Positions 48,976 to 57,591 of a DNA stretch of 64,000 nucleotides are shown one piece after another. Position numbers and translations under genes: made by a program. The number at the start of each line of letters is the position of its first letter. Within the stretch, counting starts at the first letter, position 1. Under the pieces are notes generated by a model. It ran no database searches. It was not told the origin of the DNA and saw nothing but the letters and a program-made list of their open reading frames with translations. Source of the DNA: Tubiluchus corallicola (lineage: Eukaryota > Animalia > Priapulida). Location of the stretch: contig JAQGDQ010002369.1 of the NCBI GenBank assembly GCA_030141605.1, forward strand, positions 124,001 to 188,000. Reading direction: 5' to 3'.

Positions 48976-50338
48976 CAGTCTTTCTTTTACTTTGTATCGA
49001 TACTCTTAAAAAATAAGTAAGACAGCCGCCGAAGCAGCTAAATGCCATGGTCAGCCACAATTTATCTGCCGCCCAACCATAGACATTCATTCCAAAATAA
49101 ACAGGAAGGAATCCTAGAATCCAAGTGGCTATGGAATTGTAGATCATCAGAAAAACAGTGTCTCCGAAAGCTGTCAACACACTCAGATTGATCCAACCTA
49201 AACCATCAAAAATAAAGAACAACCACAACCAGTGGCATGATTTGACTAATAGTGCAATTTGAATGGGAGACAAGGATTCTTTAAAGAAAATAGAAATCGT
49301 ATACTCAGGCAAGAAAATAAAGGGAATCGAAAGTAATAGACTTTCTAATGAAAGCAGAAAGAAACTCGATCGAAACAGTTTCCTGAGCAATTCCATATTC
49401 TTTGAGCCTATGATATTGGATGAAATGGTCAAAATGGCCTGGCCTATCCCTTCATTAATGAAGGCAAAAAGTAGATTCAGAGTTCCACCAATGGAAAGAA
49501 TCAATAGGTAGTCATTGCCTTTGATGATCATGACTCTTGCGATAGCAGTCCAAGATGCAAGGAGGATGAATTTTGTTAAGGCTCGAGGAAGACCGACTTT
49601 GATGCAAGACCACATTGAGTCCCAATGGAGATTCCAGCGAGAAGTTCCGTAATTTTTTCTACACTCTCGGTTTAGAAAAAAAAAGAAGAGGATAGAGCAA
49701 GCTAATATTTGAGCGCATGTAGTAGAAATTGCGGCACCTAGAATCCCCAGAGGGGGGATGATTCCTGAAATTCCGAAGATCAATACGAAATCAAGAAGGA
49801 AATGAAGTATATGGGAAATGATGATCGTTAATGTCACAATCTTGGTTTTTCCCTGGCCGATGAAGAAGCTGGCAAGAGCAGCATTGAGAGGGAATAAAAA
49901 GTTAAAAAACATGAGAAAGCGAAAATATTGTGATGCTTCTGCATGGATCGAGGTTCCACTGAGAAATAGGCGCTCTCCTAATGGGGCGAGGGGAAGGGTA
50001 ATACACATAGTGAAGAGGGAAAACCACATCATCTGCCAGACTGGTTCGCCGAGCTGGGACAGATTTCCAGCCCCTTTGTTCTGGCCTACGAAGATTTGGG
50101 CGATCGAGGTAATACGCATACAAGGAATTTGAAAGAGCATGCAAAGATAAACAGCATTGATGCCTGCTTGCATGGCATCGATTGAGTACTTACCGAGAAG
50201 GAATCTGTCGACGAATCCCATAAGACTGGTGGAGAAAAGGACGAGCATAAGGGGTAGTGATAATACAATGAGCTCTCGAAGACTGGCTGTCGGAAAGCGT
50301 GTGAGTGTGTTGGGAGTATTTAAGGTCTGGGTTGTCAT
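48956..50338 (-). CDS. MATE family efflux transporter
   Basis: About 12 TM segments, LSLP.ML...MGFVDR.LLG, FFIGQG.T, LD.VLIFG.....LGI.GAA.ST. Confidence 0.9.
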   Translation of the reverse strand: MTTQTLNTPNTLTRFPTASLRELIVLSLPLMLVLFSTSLMGFVDRFLLGKYSIDAMQAGINAVYLCMLFQIPCMRITSIAQIFVGQNKGAGNLSQLGEPVWQMMWFSLFTMCITLPLAPLGERLFLSGTSIHAEASQYFRFLMFFNFLFPLNAALASFFIGQGKTKIVTLTIIISHILHFLLDFVLIFGISGIIPPLGILGAAISTTCAQILACSILFFFFLNRECRKNYGTSRWNLHWDSMWSCIKVGLPRALTKFILLASWTAIARVMIIKGNDYLLILSIGGTLNLLFAFINEGIGQAILTISSNIIGSKNMELLRKLFRSSFFLLSLESLLLSIPFIFLPEYTISIFFKESLSPIQIALLVKSCHWLWLFFIFDGLGWINLSVLTAFGDTVFLMIYNSIATWILGFLPVYFGMNVYGWAADKLWLTMAFSCFGGCLTYFLRVSIQSKRKTALPEAY

Positions 50339-50403
50339 GGGGGAGTGTTGTAGCTGAGGGGCTATTTTCTTTCAATGGCTGTGTTGAAAAATTGGGGAAT
50401 ATT

Positions 50404-52221
50404 TCAAGGTTGCTTTTTCAGGGAGAGAAGCAAGTCAATATCTTTTTTTGTGAGGCCTTTGATCTTCTCGAGTTCGGATCGGGTGGCCTCAGTGATCCGC
50501 TTGAAACTTTTGAATTGCTGAAGGAGCCGTTTTCGTTTGGTGGGACCGATTCCTTCCAGAGAATCGAGGGCAGTTGTGATGGTCCTCTTCGATCGGCGTT
50601 TTCTGTGAAAGCCGATAGCGAGACGATGGGACTCATCACGAATTTTTTGAAGAAGGAACAGGAGAGGAGATCGGGGGGATATGACGATCGGGTCTTTTTC
50701 ATGGGGAATGAAGATCCTTTCCTGAGTGAGTCCTTTTGTATGGAGCCCTTTTTGCTTGGCAACCCCGATGGCGTCGACGGATGCAATGTTGAGTTCTTTG
50801 AAGATATCGAGGGCAATATTGAGCTGTCCTTTACCTCCATCGATGATGAGAAGGTCGCAAAAGTCGTTCTTTTCTTTTTGCCGGGTAAAATGGCGATGGA
50901 TCACTTCGCGGAGGGCTGAGTAGTCGTCTCCTTTGGATTTGACTTTGAAAAAGCGAGTACGTTCTTTATCACGCTCGCCATTGGTGAATGCGACAAGAGC
51001 GGCTACAGGATCGGTTCCGGAGATATTGGATGTGTCAAAGCATTCGATGCGGCGAGGAAATCGTGTGAGATGAAGGGGCTCTTGAAGATCGAGGAGCATT
51101 TTTTCGGTGAGGGACCGGGTATCTTCATGCCTCTCAAAAAGAGCTTTGGCATTTTTTTCAGCCATCTGAATAAGTTCTTTTTTCTTTCCTTTGAGCGGCG
51201 TTTGGATTTGTACTTTGTGTCGTGAATGTTCAGAGAGGATTTGAGATAGGAGAGACTTTTGTGGAAGAGAAATAGGGGTGAGGATTTCATGGGGAGGTTT
51301 TTCCTGACCGCGATAGTGCTGCAAAATGAAAGTCTCCAGGATTTCATGATCGAGCGAGGCGATCTGCGTAAAGGTAAAATGTTCTGATGCGATGAGCTTG
51401 CCTTCGCGGAAGATCAGTTGAACGATAAGAACTGAGTCTGCTTTACAGAAGAGACCGAGAGTGTCGCAATGTTTGGCTGCTGGATTATCGACATGCTGGA
51501 TATGGGTCATATGTTCGATTTGCCGAACCATTTGAAGGAGGGAATCGGCCTTTTCAAACTCCAAATCTTCAGAGGCTTTTTTCATCTGGGTCTTGAGTTC
51601 CCGCAAGAGATCTTTGTCTTGTCCTTTGAGTAGTCTTTTTGCAGATTGAACATGGGATAGATACTCGGTTTGAGTGCAAAGCGGCATGCAGGGAGCTATA
51701 CATCGTTTTATATCGTAGAGAAGGCAGGGGCGCGTACGATTAGTAAGTTCGTTATCAGAGCATTGGCGGAGAGGAAAGAGCTTGGAAATGAGATCAAGTG
51801 TCTGTCTGGCCATGCGGGCATTGGTGTAAGGGCCGAAATAAGTTCCTGTTCGGGGAGGTTTCCCTTTGAAACGAACTAGTTTGAGCATGGGCCATTTGTG
51901 TTTGGTCAATAGGATGCTAACATAGGTTTTGTCATCTTTGAGGAGGACATTGTATTTGGGTTTGTGCCTTTTGATGAGTGTATTTTCTAATAGCAGGGCT
52001 TCTTTTTCTGTAGAGACGATGATCGTGTCGATCTCTTCGATTTGCGTTGTGAGAAAGGGGACCATGATCCTTTCATCCCGGGCGGCCGCAAAGTATTGTT
52101 TGATCCGCACACGAAGATTTTTAGCTTTACCAATGTAAAGGATTGCTCCTTTACGATTTTTCATTAGGTAAACGCCGGGATCTTTTGGGAACCGAATCAG
52201 TTCTTTAGGATCGAAACTCAT
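50404..52221 (-). CDS. uvrC: excinuclease ABC subunit C
   Basis: GIY-YIG PGVYLM..LYIGKAKNL, ECFDTS, IDGGKGQ, RDESHR, HhH domain. Confidence 0.97.
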   Translation of the reverse strand: MSFDPKELIRFPKDPGVYLMKNRKGAILYIGKAKNLRVRIKQYFAAARDERIMVPFLTTQIEEIDTIIVSTEKEALLLENTLIKRHKPKYNVLLKDDKTYVSILLTKHKWPMLKLVRFKGKPPRTGTYFGPYTNARMARQTLDLISKLFPLRQCSDNELTNRTRPCLLYDIKRCIAPCMPLCTQTEYLSHVQSAKRLLKGQDKDLLRELKTQMKKASEDLEFEKADSLLQMVRQIEHMTHIQHVDNPAAKHCDTLGLFCKADSVLIVQLIFREGKLIASEHFTFTQIASLDHEILETFILQHYRGQEKPPHEILTPISLPQKSLLSQILSEHSRHKVQIQTPLKGKKKELIQMAEKNAKALFERHEDTRSLTEKMLLDLQEPLHLTRFPRRIECFDTSNISGTDPVAALVAFTNGERDKERTRFFKVKSKGDDYSALREVIHRHFTRQKEKNDFCDLLIIDGGKGQLNIALDIFKELNIASVDAIGVAKQKGLHTKGLTQERIFIPHEKDPIVISPRSPLLFLLQKIRDESHRLAIGFHRKRRSKRTITTALDSLEGIGPTKRKRLLQQFKSFKRITEATRSELEKIKGLTKKDIDLLLSLKKQP

Positions 52222-52230
52222 GTTTATTCT

Positions 52231-53421
52231 TTATTTTGAGACCCATTGTTCAATGGGCGTCATTAGAAATTCTTCAAGATGAATTCCATTTTCTCCTACT
52301 AGCAATAATCGATTTGGTTGATATTGTTCCGAAAATGCTGTCATTCCAGATAATTTTTCTTTTTTAACCGAACTTTTTACCTCAATAGCAGTAAGAAACT
52401 TTCCTTTCTTAAGGATAAAATCCACTTCTTGATTTGACTCTCTCCAATAATAAAGTTCGATTTGTGTTCCACGGATACCATTGATGAGATGAGCCCCAAT
52501 AGCCGATTCAACTAATCTTCCCCAATATTCTTTATCTTCAATTGCTTCTCGAAAAGTTTTGCCACTTTGTGAACTCATTAGTGCAGTATTATATACTTGT
52601 AGCTTAGGACTTGATCCTTTGCTTCGTACTTGATGATTAGAAAATTTATGAATTCCTGCTAGGAGACCAGCACCTGTAAGAAGTTCCAGGTAATGAGCCA
52701 GAGTTGTGGTATTGCCTGCATCTTGCAACTGTCCCAACATCTTTTGATAAGAGAGGATTTGGGATGAGTAATTACATCCCAATTGAAATAAACGTCGTAA
52801 TAAGATGGGCTTATTGACTTGAGTCATAAGCAATATATCTCTCGATATCGTTGTCTCAATTAATGAATCGTTGATATAATTCAGCCAACGGGGATGATTC
52901 TTTTCATTGGAAAATGAAGCTGGGCCAGGATATCCTCCGAAGTAAATAAATCGATTCAAATCCCACTGAAAGAAATCACGCATTTCTTTGAAACTCCAGT
53001 GAGTGATCGGTAAAATCTCAAATCGACCTGCTAGGCTTTCAGTGAGCCCTTTCTTCATCAACCAGGGAGATGATCCTAGAATGATTACTTTTAAGGGGGG
53101 GCGATTTTTCGAATCTTCATCCCAAAGCTTTTTGATCATATCAGACCATTTAGGGATTTTTTGCACTTCGTCAATGATCAAGAGGCTTTCTTTCTTTGTT
53201 TTGGTTTGTTGTCTTGCAATTTCCCATTGCATTTTCAACCAGGGGAGATCTTCAAGCGTAGCCGTGTCCGCAGATATGTAATAAGAAGGGATTTTTAATT
53301 CCTTTTCTAGTTGTAGTGCTAAGGTTGTCTTGCCAACCTGTCTTGGACCTAAAAGAACCTGAATGAATTTTCGAGGTTCTTTTATCCTTTGAAGTAGTTC
53401 CTGAAATATCGGTCTTTTCAT
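52231..53421 (-). CDS. AAA_14 ATPase with C-terminal DUF4143 (PD-(D/E)XK-like) domain
   Basis: Walker A GPRQVGKT, Walker B IIDEVQ, LGSS, ESLAGR, GGYP, YYWR...EVDF...AIEVKS. Confidence 0.88.
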   Translation of the reverse strand: MKRPIFQELLQRIKEPRKFIQVLLGPRQVGKTTLALQLEKELKIPSYYISADTATLEDLPWLKMQWEIARQQTKTKKESLLIIDEVQKIPKWSDMIKKLWDEDSKNRPPLKVIILGSSPWLMKKGLTESLAGRFEILPITHWSFKEMRDFFQWDLNRFIYFGGYPGPASFSNEKNHPRWLNYINDSLIETTISRDILLMTQVNKPILLRRLFQLGCNYSSQILSYQKMLGQLQDAGNTTTLAHYLELLTGAGLLAGIHKFSNHQVRSKGSSPKLQVYNTALMSSQSGKTFREAIEDKEYWGRLVESAIGAHLINGIRGTQIELYYWRESNQEVDFILKKGKFLTAIEVKSSVKKEKLSGMTAFSEQYQPNRLLLVGENGIHLEEFLMTPIEQWVSK

Positions 53422-53426
53422 GTTTT

Positions 53427-53468
53427 ACTCAATCTATTGAGTGTTTTTACTCAATTCATTGAGTAAAA
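53427..53468. promoter_or_regulatory. tandem palindromic operator ACTCAAT-N2-ATTGAGT x2
   Basis: Copies at 53427-42 and 53449-64, 22-bp period, 6 nt from the ATPase start codon. Confidence 0.65.
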
Positions 53469-53507
53469 TCAAGCACTTTCTGTAAGTTTCTAAATATGTG
53501 AGGGTTC

Positions 53508-53657
53508 GGGTGTGTCATCAAATTCAGGTTTCGTCGCTTTTTGGAGGATTTTTAGCCGATTTTCGATCCAAATTCTGAGCGCAATATACGAATGTTGATA
53601 TTGTGCTCAGAATTTGGATCGAAAAGCGACAGAAATTGCAATTGATGACACGCCCTA
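53508..53657. mobile_element. ~150-bp MITE-like element with IS5-like termini and a long internal hairpin
   Basis: GGGTGTGTCATCAA (53508-21) / TTGATGACACGCCC (53642-55); internal 28-bp inverted repeat 53560-87 / 53598-625 with one mismatch. Confidence 0.7.
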
Positions 53658-56255
53658 ATTTTTGAACTTTTTTTGAAGGTCGAAAAGTTTTTGGAGGGCT
53701 TCGATCGGGGTAACCTGGTTGAAATTGGCAGAGTTGATTTCGTCGATTGCTTCCTTTGTTTTAGGGGGAATCGGAGGAGTTTGGAAAAGAGAGAGCTGGG
53801 AGTCTTCTTTAAAGGAAGATTTTTTTGGTTTCTTTCGGTGTTCCTGTTCGAGTTGAGTAAGCATCGCCTCTGCCCGTTTGATGGCGGAATAGGGAAGACC
53901 GGCCAGTCGGGCAACATGGATCCCATAACTTTTATCGGTTCCTCCTTCGACAATTTTGCGGAGGAAGGCAATGCCTGAGTCTGTTTCCTGAACGGCTACC
54001 TGATAATTGAGAACCCCAGGAATTTGATCCTGCATCTTAGTCAGTTCCCAATAATGGGTTGCAAAAAGTGTTTTCGCTTTTTTTTCTTGCGTTGTGAGGA
54101 GATATTCGGCAACAGCCCAGGCTATGGAAATCCCGTCATAGGTACTGGTCCCACGGCCAATTTCATCGAGGATTACTAGAGATCGGGAAGTAGCATTATT
54201 GAGAATATTTGCCGTTTCCATCATCTCAACCATGAAGGTCGATTGTCCCCGTGCAAGATCATCGCTGGCGCCGATGCGGGAAAATACTTTATCGATGAGA
54301 CCGATGTGAGCTGAGTCTGCAGGTACGTAAGATCCAATTTGAGCGAGGATAGCGATGAGAGCGACTTGGCGTATATAGGTTGATTTACCGGCCATGTTCG
54401 GACCGGTGATGAGAAAGAGCTGTCTCTCTTTATTGAGGTGAGCATCATTGGGAATGAACTCTCCATGATTGAGGTTCCTCTCAATGATCGGATGACGACC
54501 TCCTTTGATATGGAGGGTGTCGCTTTCATCCACTTCGGGCTTGACGTATTTGTTTCTCATAGCTGCTTTAGAAAGAGAATAGAGAGCGTCGATTTGAGCG
54601 ATTGCGCGGGCAATCTCCCGGATCTGGGGGGCATACTTCGTGATCTCGGTGCGAAGTTCCTCGAAGATTTTTTGCTCTAGTGCTTTGATTCTTTCTTCTG
54701 CAGTAAGGATTTTATGCTCGAAGTTTTTTAGTTCTTCTGTAATGAACCGTTCTGAGTTGACGAGGGTCTGTCTTCGGTGAAAGTGATCAGGAACATTTTT
54801 CGACTGACCTTTGGAGACATCGATATAATAGCCAAAAACTCTAGAGAAACCTACCTTAAGGGTGCGAATCTGTGTCTCTTCTCGAAGTCGTACTTGGTAA
54901 TTGGCGATCCATGTTTTGGAATCAGAACTGATGGAGCGAAGTTCATCGAGATCGGAAGAAAATCCATCACGAATTACATTGCAATCGCTGATACGGAGGG
55001 GAGGAGCATCGACAAGTGTTCGAGCGATTTGGTCAGTGACTGAAGAGATGTCAGTGATGTTTCGCAAGGCGTTTTGAATCTGCGTGCTCTTGAAGGGGGA
55101 AAGAATCGATTTCACTGAAGGAACATTGTGAAGGGAATAACGCAGGTTCACAAGATCCCGGGGACCAGCCTGATTAGAGGAGATACGCATGAGGATTCTT
55201 TCGAGGTCACGTATTTGATTCAGAAGGCCAGTGAGGTCCTGATGCAGGTTCTTCTTTTCGATAAATTCTCCAATTGCATTTTGCCGGCCATGGATTTTTT
55301 CCATATTGAGAAGGGGATGTTGAACCCAATGAGAAAGAAGTCTTCCGCCCATGGAAGTCATGGTGGAATCAAGAAGATGAAGGATCGTATTCTTCTTGCC
55401 TTCCTCGCGGATCGACTCGGTAAGTTCCAAATTGTGCATGGTCGTATAGTCTAAAGACATATAGGCAGAAAGGGAATCAGTCTGCAATTCGTCGAGATGG
55501 TCGAGATTCAAGTTTAGGTCTTCTTTCAAATAGGTAAGGAGAGCGCCTGATGCATTGATAGCAGAGACCATTCCTGAAATACCCAAAGAATCGAGTTGTT
55601 TTTTTGTGAATTGATGGTTGAGCATTTCCCATGCGAGCTTGTGGTCGAAATACACATCTTCTTTGACATTCAGAACGAAATGAAATCCGTAAGAGAGCTC
55701 TTTGATAAACTCTTCGTGATTTTGGCGAAAAGATTCAGAGATAAGAAGCTCAGAGGGACGAAGTTTGTGGAGTTCATCGAGAACCTCTTTCTTTTCATCG
55801 AGTTGTAATAGGCGAAACTCTGAGGTGGTCAGATCGATGATCGCAATGCCGAAGGACAGTCCGATTTGATCGAGACTAACGAAGAAGTTGTTGGACTTGT
55901 CTTTGAGAAGATTTGGACTGGTCGTTGTTCCAGGGGTAATGATCCGGTCGACGGCGCGCTTGACGATTCCTTTGGTCTGTTTCGGATCTTCCATTTGCTC
56001 GGCGACGGCGACTTTATATCCTTTGGCGACGAGCTTATCGAGATAGGTCTCAAAGGTATGTGCAGGAACACCGCACATCGGAATTCCTTGCCGCTGCGTG
56101 TAAGTGAGGTGAAGTTCCTTTGCAATCTGATCAGCGTCATCATAAAAAGCTTCATAAAAATCGCCCAGGCGAAAAAGTAAAAGGGCGTCTTTGGCTTGAG
56201 CTTTGCACTCATGCCATTGAACCATCATGGGTGTAAGTGTTTTTTGAGTACTCAT
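53655..56255 (-). CDS. mutS: DNA mismatch repair protein MutS
   Basis: TPMM.Q, FRLGDFYEAF, TGPNMAGKST, STFMVEM, DEIGRGTST; ATG 56255 preferred. Confidence 0.97.
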   Translation of the reverse strand: MSTQKTLTPMMVQWHECKAQAKDALLLFRLGDFYEAFYDDADQIAKELHLTYTQRQGIPMCGVPAHTFETYLDKLVAKGYKVAVAEQMEDPKQTKGIVKRAVDRIITPGTTTSPNLLKDKSNNFFVSLDQIGLSFGIAIIDLTTSEFRLLQLDEKKEVLDELHKLRPSELLISESFRQNHEEFIKELSYGFHFVLNVKEDVYFDHKLAWEMLNHQFTKKQLDSLGISGMVSAINASGALLTYLKEDLNLNLDHLDELQTDSLSAYMSLDYTTMHNLELTESIREEGKKNTILHLLDSTMTSMGGRLLSHWVQHPLLNMEKIHGRQNAIGEFIEKKNLHQDLTGLLNQIRDLERILMRISSNQAGPRDLVNLRYSLHNVPSVKSILSPFKSTQIQNALRNITDISSVTDQIARTLVDAPPLRISDCNVIRDGFSSDLDELRSISSDSKTWIANYQVRLREETQIRTLKVGFSRVFGYYIDVSKGQSKNVPDHFHRRQTLVNSERFITEELKNFEHKILTAEERIKALEQKIFEELRTEITKYAPQIREIARAIAQIDALYSLSKAAMRNKYVKPEVDESDTLHIKGGRHPIIERNLNHGEFIPNDAHLNKERQLFLITGPNMAGKSTYIRQVALIAILAQIGSYVPADSAHIGLIDKVFSRIGASDDLARGQSTFMVEMMETANILNNATSRSLVILDEIGRGTSTYDGISIAWAVAEYLLTTQEKKAKTLFATHYWELTKMQDQIPGVLNYQVAVQETDSGIAFLRKIVEGGTDKSYGIHVARLAGLPYSAIKRAEAMLTQLEQEHRKKPKKSSFKEDSQLSLFQTPPIPPKTKEAIDEINSANFNQVTPIEALQKLFDLQKKFKN

Positions 56256-56289
56256 AAGGTGGATATTTTCAACCAAAAAAGGGATGAAT

Positions 56290-56784
56290 TCAAGAGTCAA
56301 TTTTTTTTACACGATCAACGTGAGGGATAGCTGCGCAGGTCCATTGTTCCAGCTCCTGAACTTCGAGGAGAAAAAGTTCTAAATCTTTTTTGATTTGGGC
56401 GAAGGATCGGGAAGGTGTTTGAAGAATGAAAGCTTTTTTGGTAAGGACTGACTCTTGAAGCCGGTTCAATTCTTTATGATCGATGGAAGGATAGGAAAAA
56501 TCCGATACTTCTTTTTTCTCGAGACGGGAATGAATTTCATTTTGGAGGTTTTGGCAAAACGTGCGCAGGATTTTTAGATCTTCGTGGAGTTTCATATGGG
56601 CCATGACGATTTCTTTGGGAGTTTTTTCCAAACGTATATGTGGTATCAGTTCGGAATCTTGAGCAGCCATTGTTAGGGCAGCCTCAGATTCGAAGACATT
56701 GGAAAGAATATGGATCATAATGTTATTGATCCTGGAAGGAAGAGAGGCTTTTTCATGTCTTTTTGAATTTGCTTTAGGCATCAT
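56290..56784 (-). CDS. hypothetical protein
   Basis: 164-aa helical ORF filling the gap upstream of mutS; no recognised motif. Confidence 0.5.
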   Translation of the reverse strand: MMPKANSKRHEKASLPSRINNIMIHILSNVFESEAALTMAAQDSELIPHIRLEKTPKEIVMAHMKLHEDLKILRTFCQNLQNEIHSRLEKKEVSDFSYPSIDHKELNRLQESVLTKKAFILQTPSRSFAQIKKDLELFLLEVQELEQWTCAAIPHVDRVKKIDS

Positions 56785-56820
56785 ACGATCTGCTGTGAAA
56801 TTGAATCATGGAGCATTGGT

Positions 56821-57591
56821 TTGTTTTTTTTCAAAAGGAAGATTCCTCATCAAACAGTTACCTTCGCAACAAGTTGCTGGGAAAATGATTGGAAGATGAT
56901 CCTGCAAGGGGATTATCTATCAAAAAAACAGATCGATCCTCATCGCTTCGCATTTGAAAAGCGGATCTTAATCATCAACAATGTAAAGGATCTCAAGAGA
57001 GTTGCTGATGCGGCGCAAAAAAAAGTAGACGAAGGAGTCCTGACTGATTTTTATCTTTCCCAGGAAAAAGATAAGGAGATTATGAAATTCTTTTCCTTAA
57101 AGAGGGAAGACTTTAAAGCGGGGCCTGACGCTCATCTTTATCCGGGTGTGAATAACGACTGGGTATATTTCAATGCTTTGGCTCCATTGGCGGCGATTTA
57201 CTACTGCAAGACCGATTATCTGCTCTACCTGACTGGTGATTCCTATCTAGCTGACAAAGTCGATTGGATTACAACGGCCATTGATCAAATGGAGAGAAAA
57301 CCGAAGTTCAAAGTGGCAAATTTAACGTGGAACCTCAATTATGGAGAGGCCAAGAGGGAATCTTACAAAGAAGATGGAGATTTCTTCATCGCTAAAGATG
57401 GGTTTTCCGATCAGTTTTTCCTGGTAAAGGCTGAAGAGTTTCAACAACCGATCTATGGGGAAATCCGTGAAGATTCCTCCCATTTTCCTCGAGGAGATGT
57501 TTTTGAAAGAAGAGTGTACAGCTATCTGAAAAACCGGGGGTTTCTACGCCTGACCTACAAGCACGGATCTTATCTGCATGAAAGTGTTTAA
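56821..57591 (+). CDS. hypothetical protein, possibly GT-A glycosyltransferase-like
   Basis: TTG start after GGAG; KTDYLLYLTGD resembles a GT-A DxD region; overlaps the dnaG start. Confidence 0.55.
   Translation: MFFFKRKIPHQTVTFATSCWENDWKMILQGDYLSKKQIDPHRFAFEKRILIINNVKDLKRVADAAQKKVDEGVLTDFYLSQEKDKEIMKFFSLKREDFKAGPDAHLYPGVNNDWVYFNALAPLAAIYYCKTDYLLYLTGDSYLADKVDWITTAIDQMERKPKFKVANLTWNLNYGEAKRESYKEDGDFFIAKDGFSDQFFLVKAEEFQQPIYGEIREDSSHFPRGDVFERRVYSYLKNRGFLRLTYKHGSYLHESV

Noticed and set aside
50305-50919. 204-aa plus-strand ORF, representative of the many antisense or alternate-frame ORFs in the track
   Set aside because: Shadow of uvrC; such ORFs lie inside well-supported genes and have no motifs.
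53427-53657. Repeats upstream of the ATPase as a CRISPR array
   Set aside because: Only two short palindromes 22 bp apart plus one hairpin element; no repeat-spacer periodicity and no cas genes.
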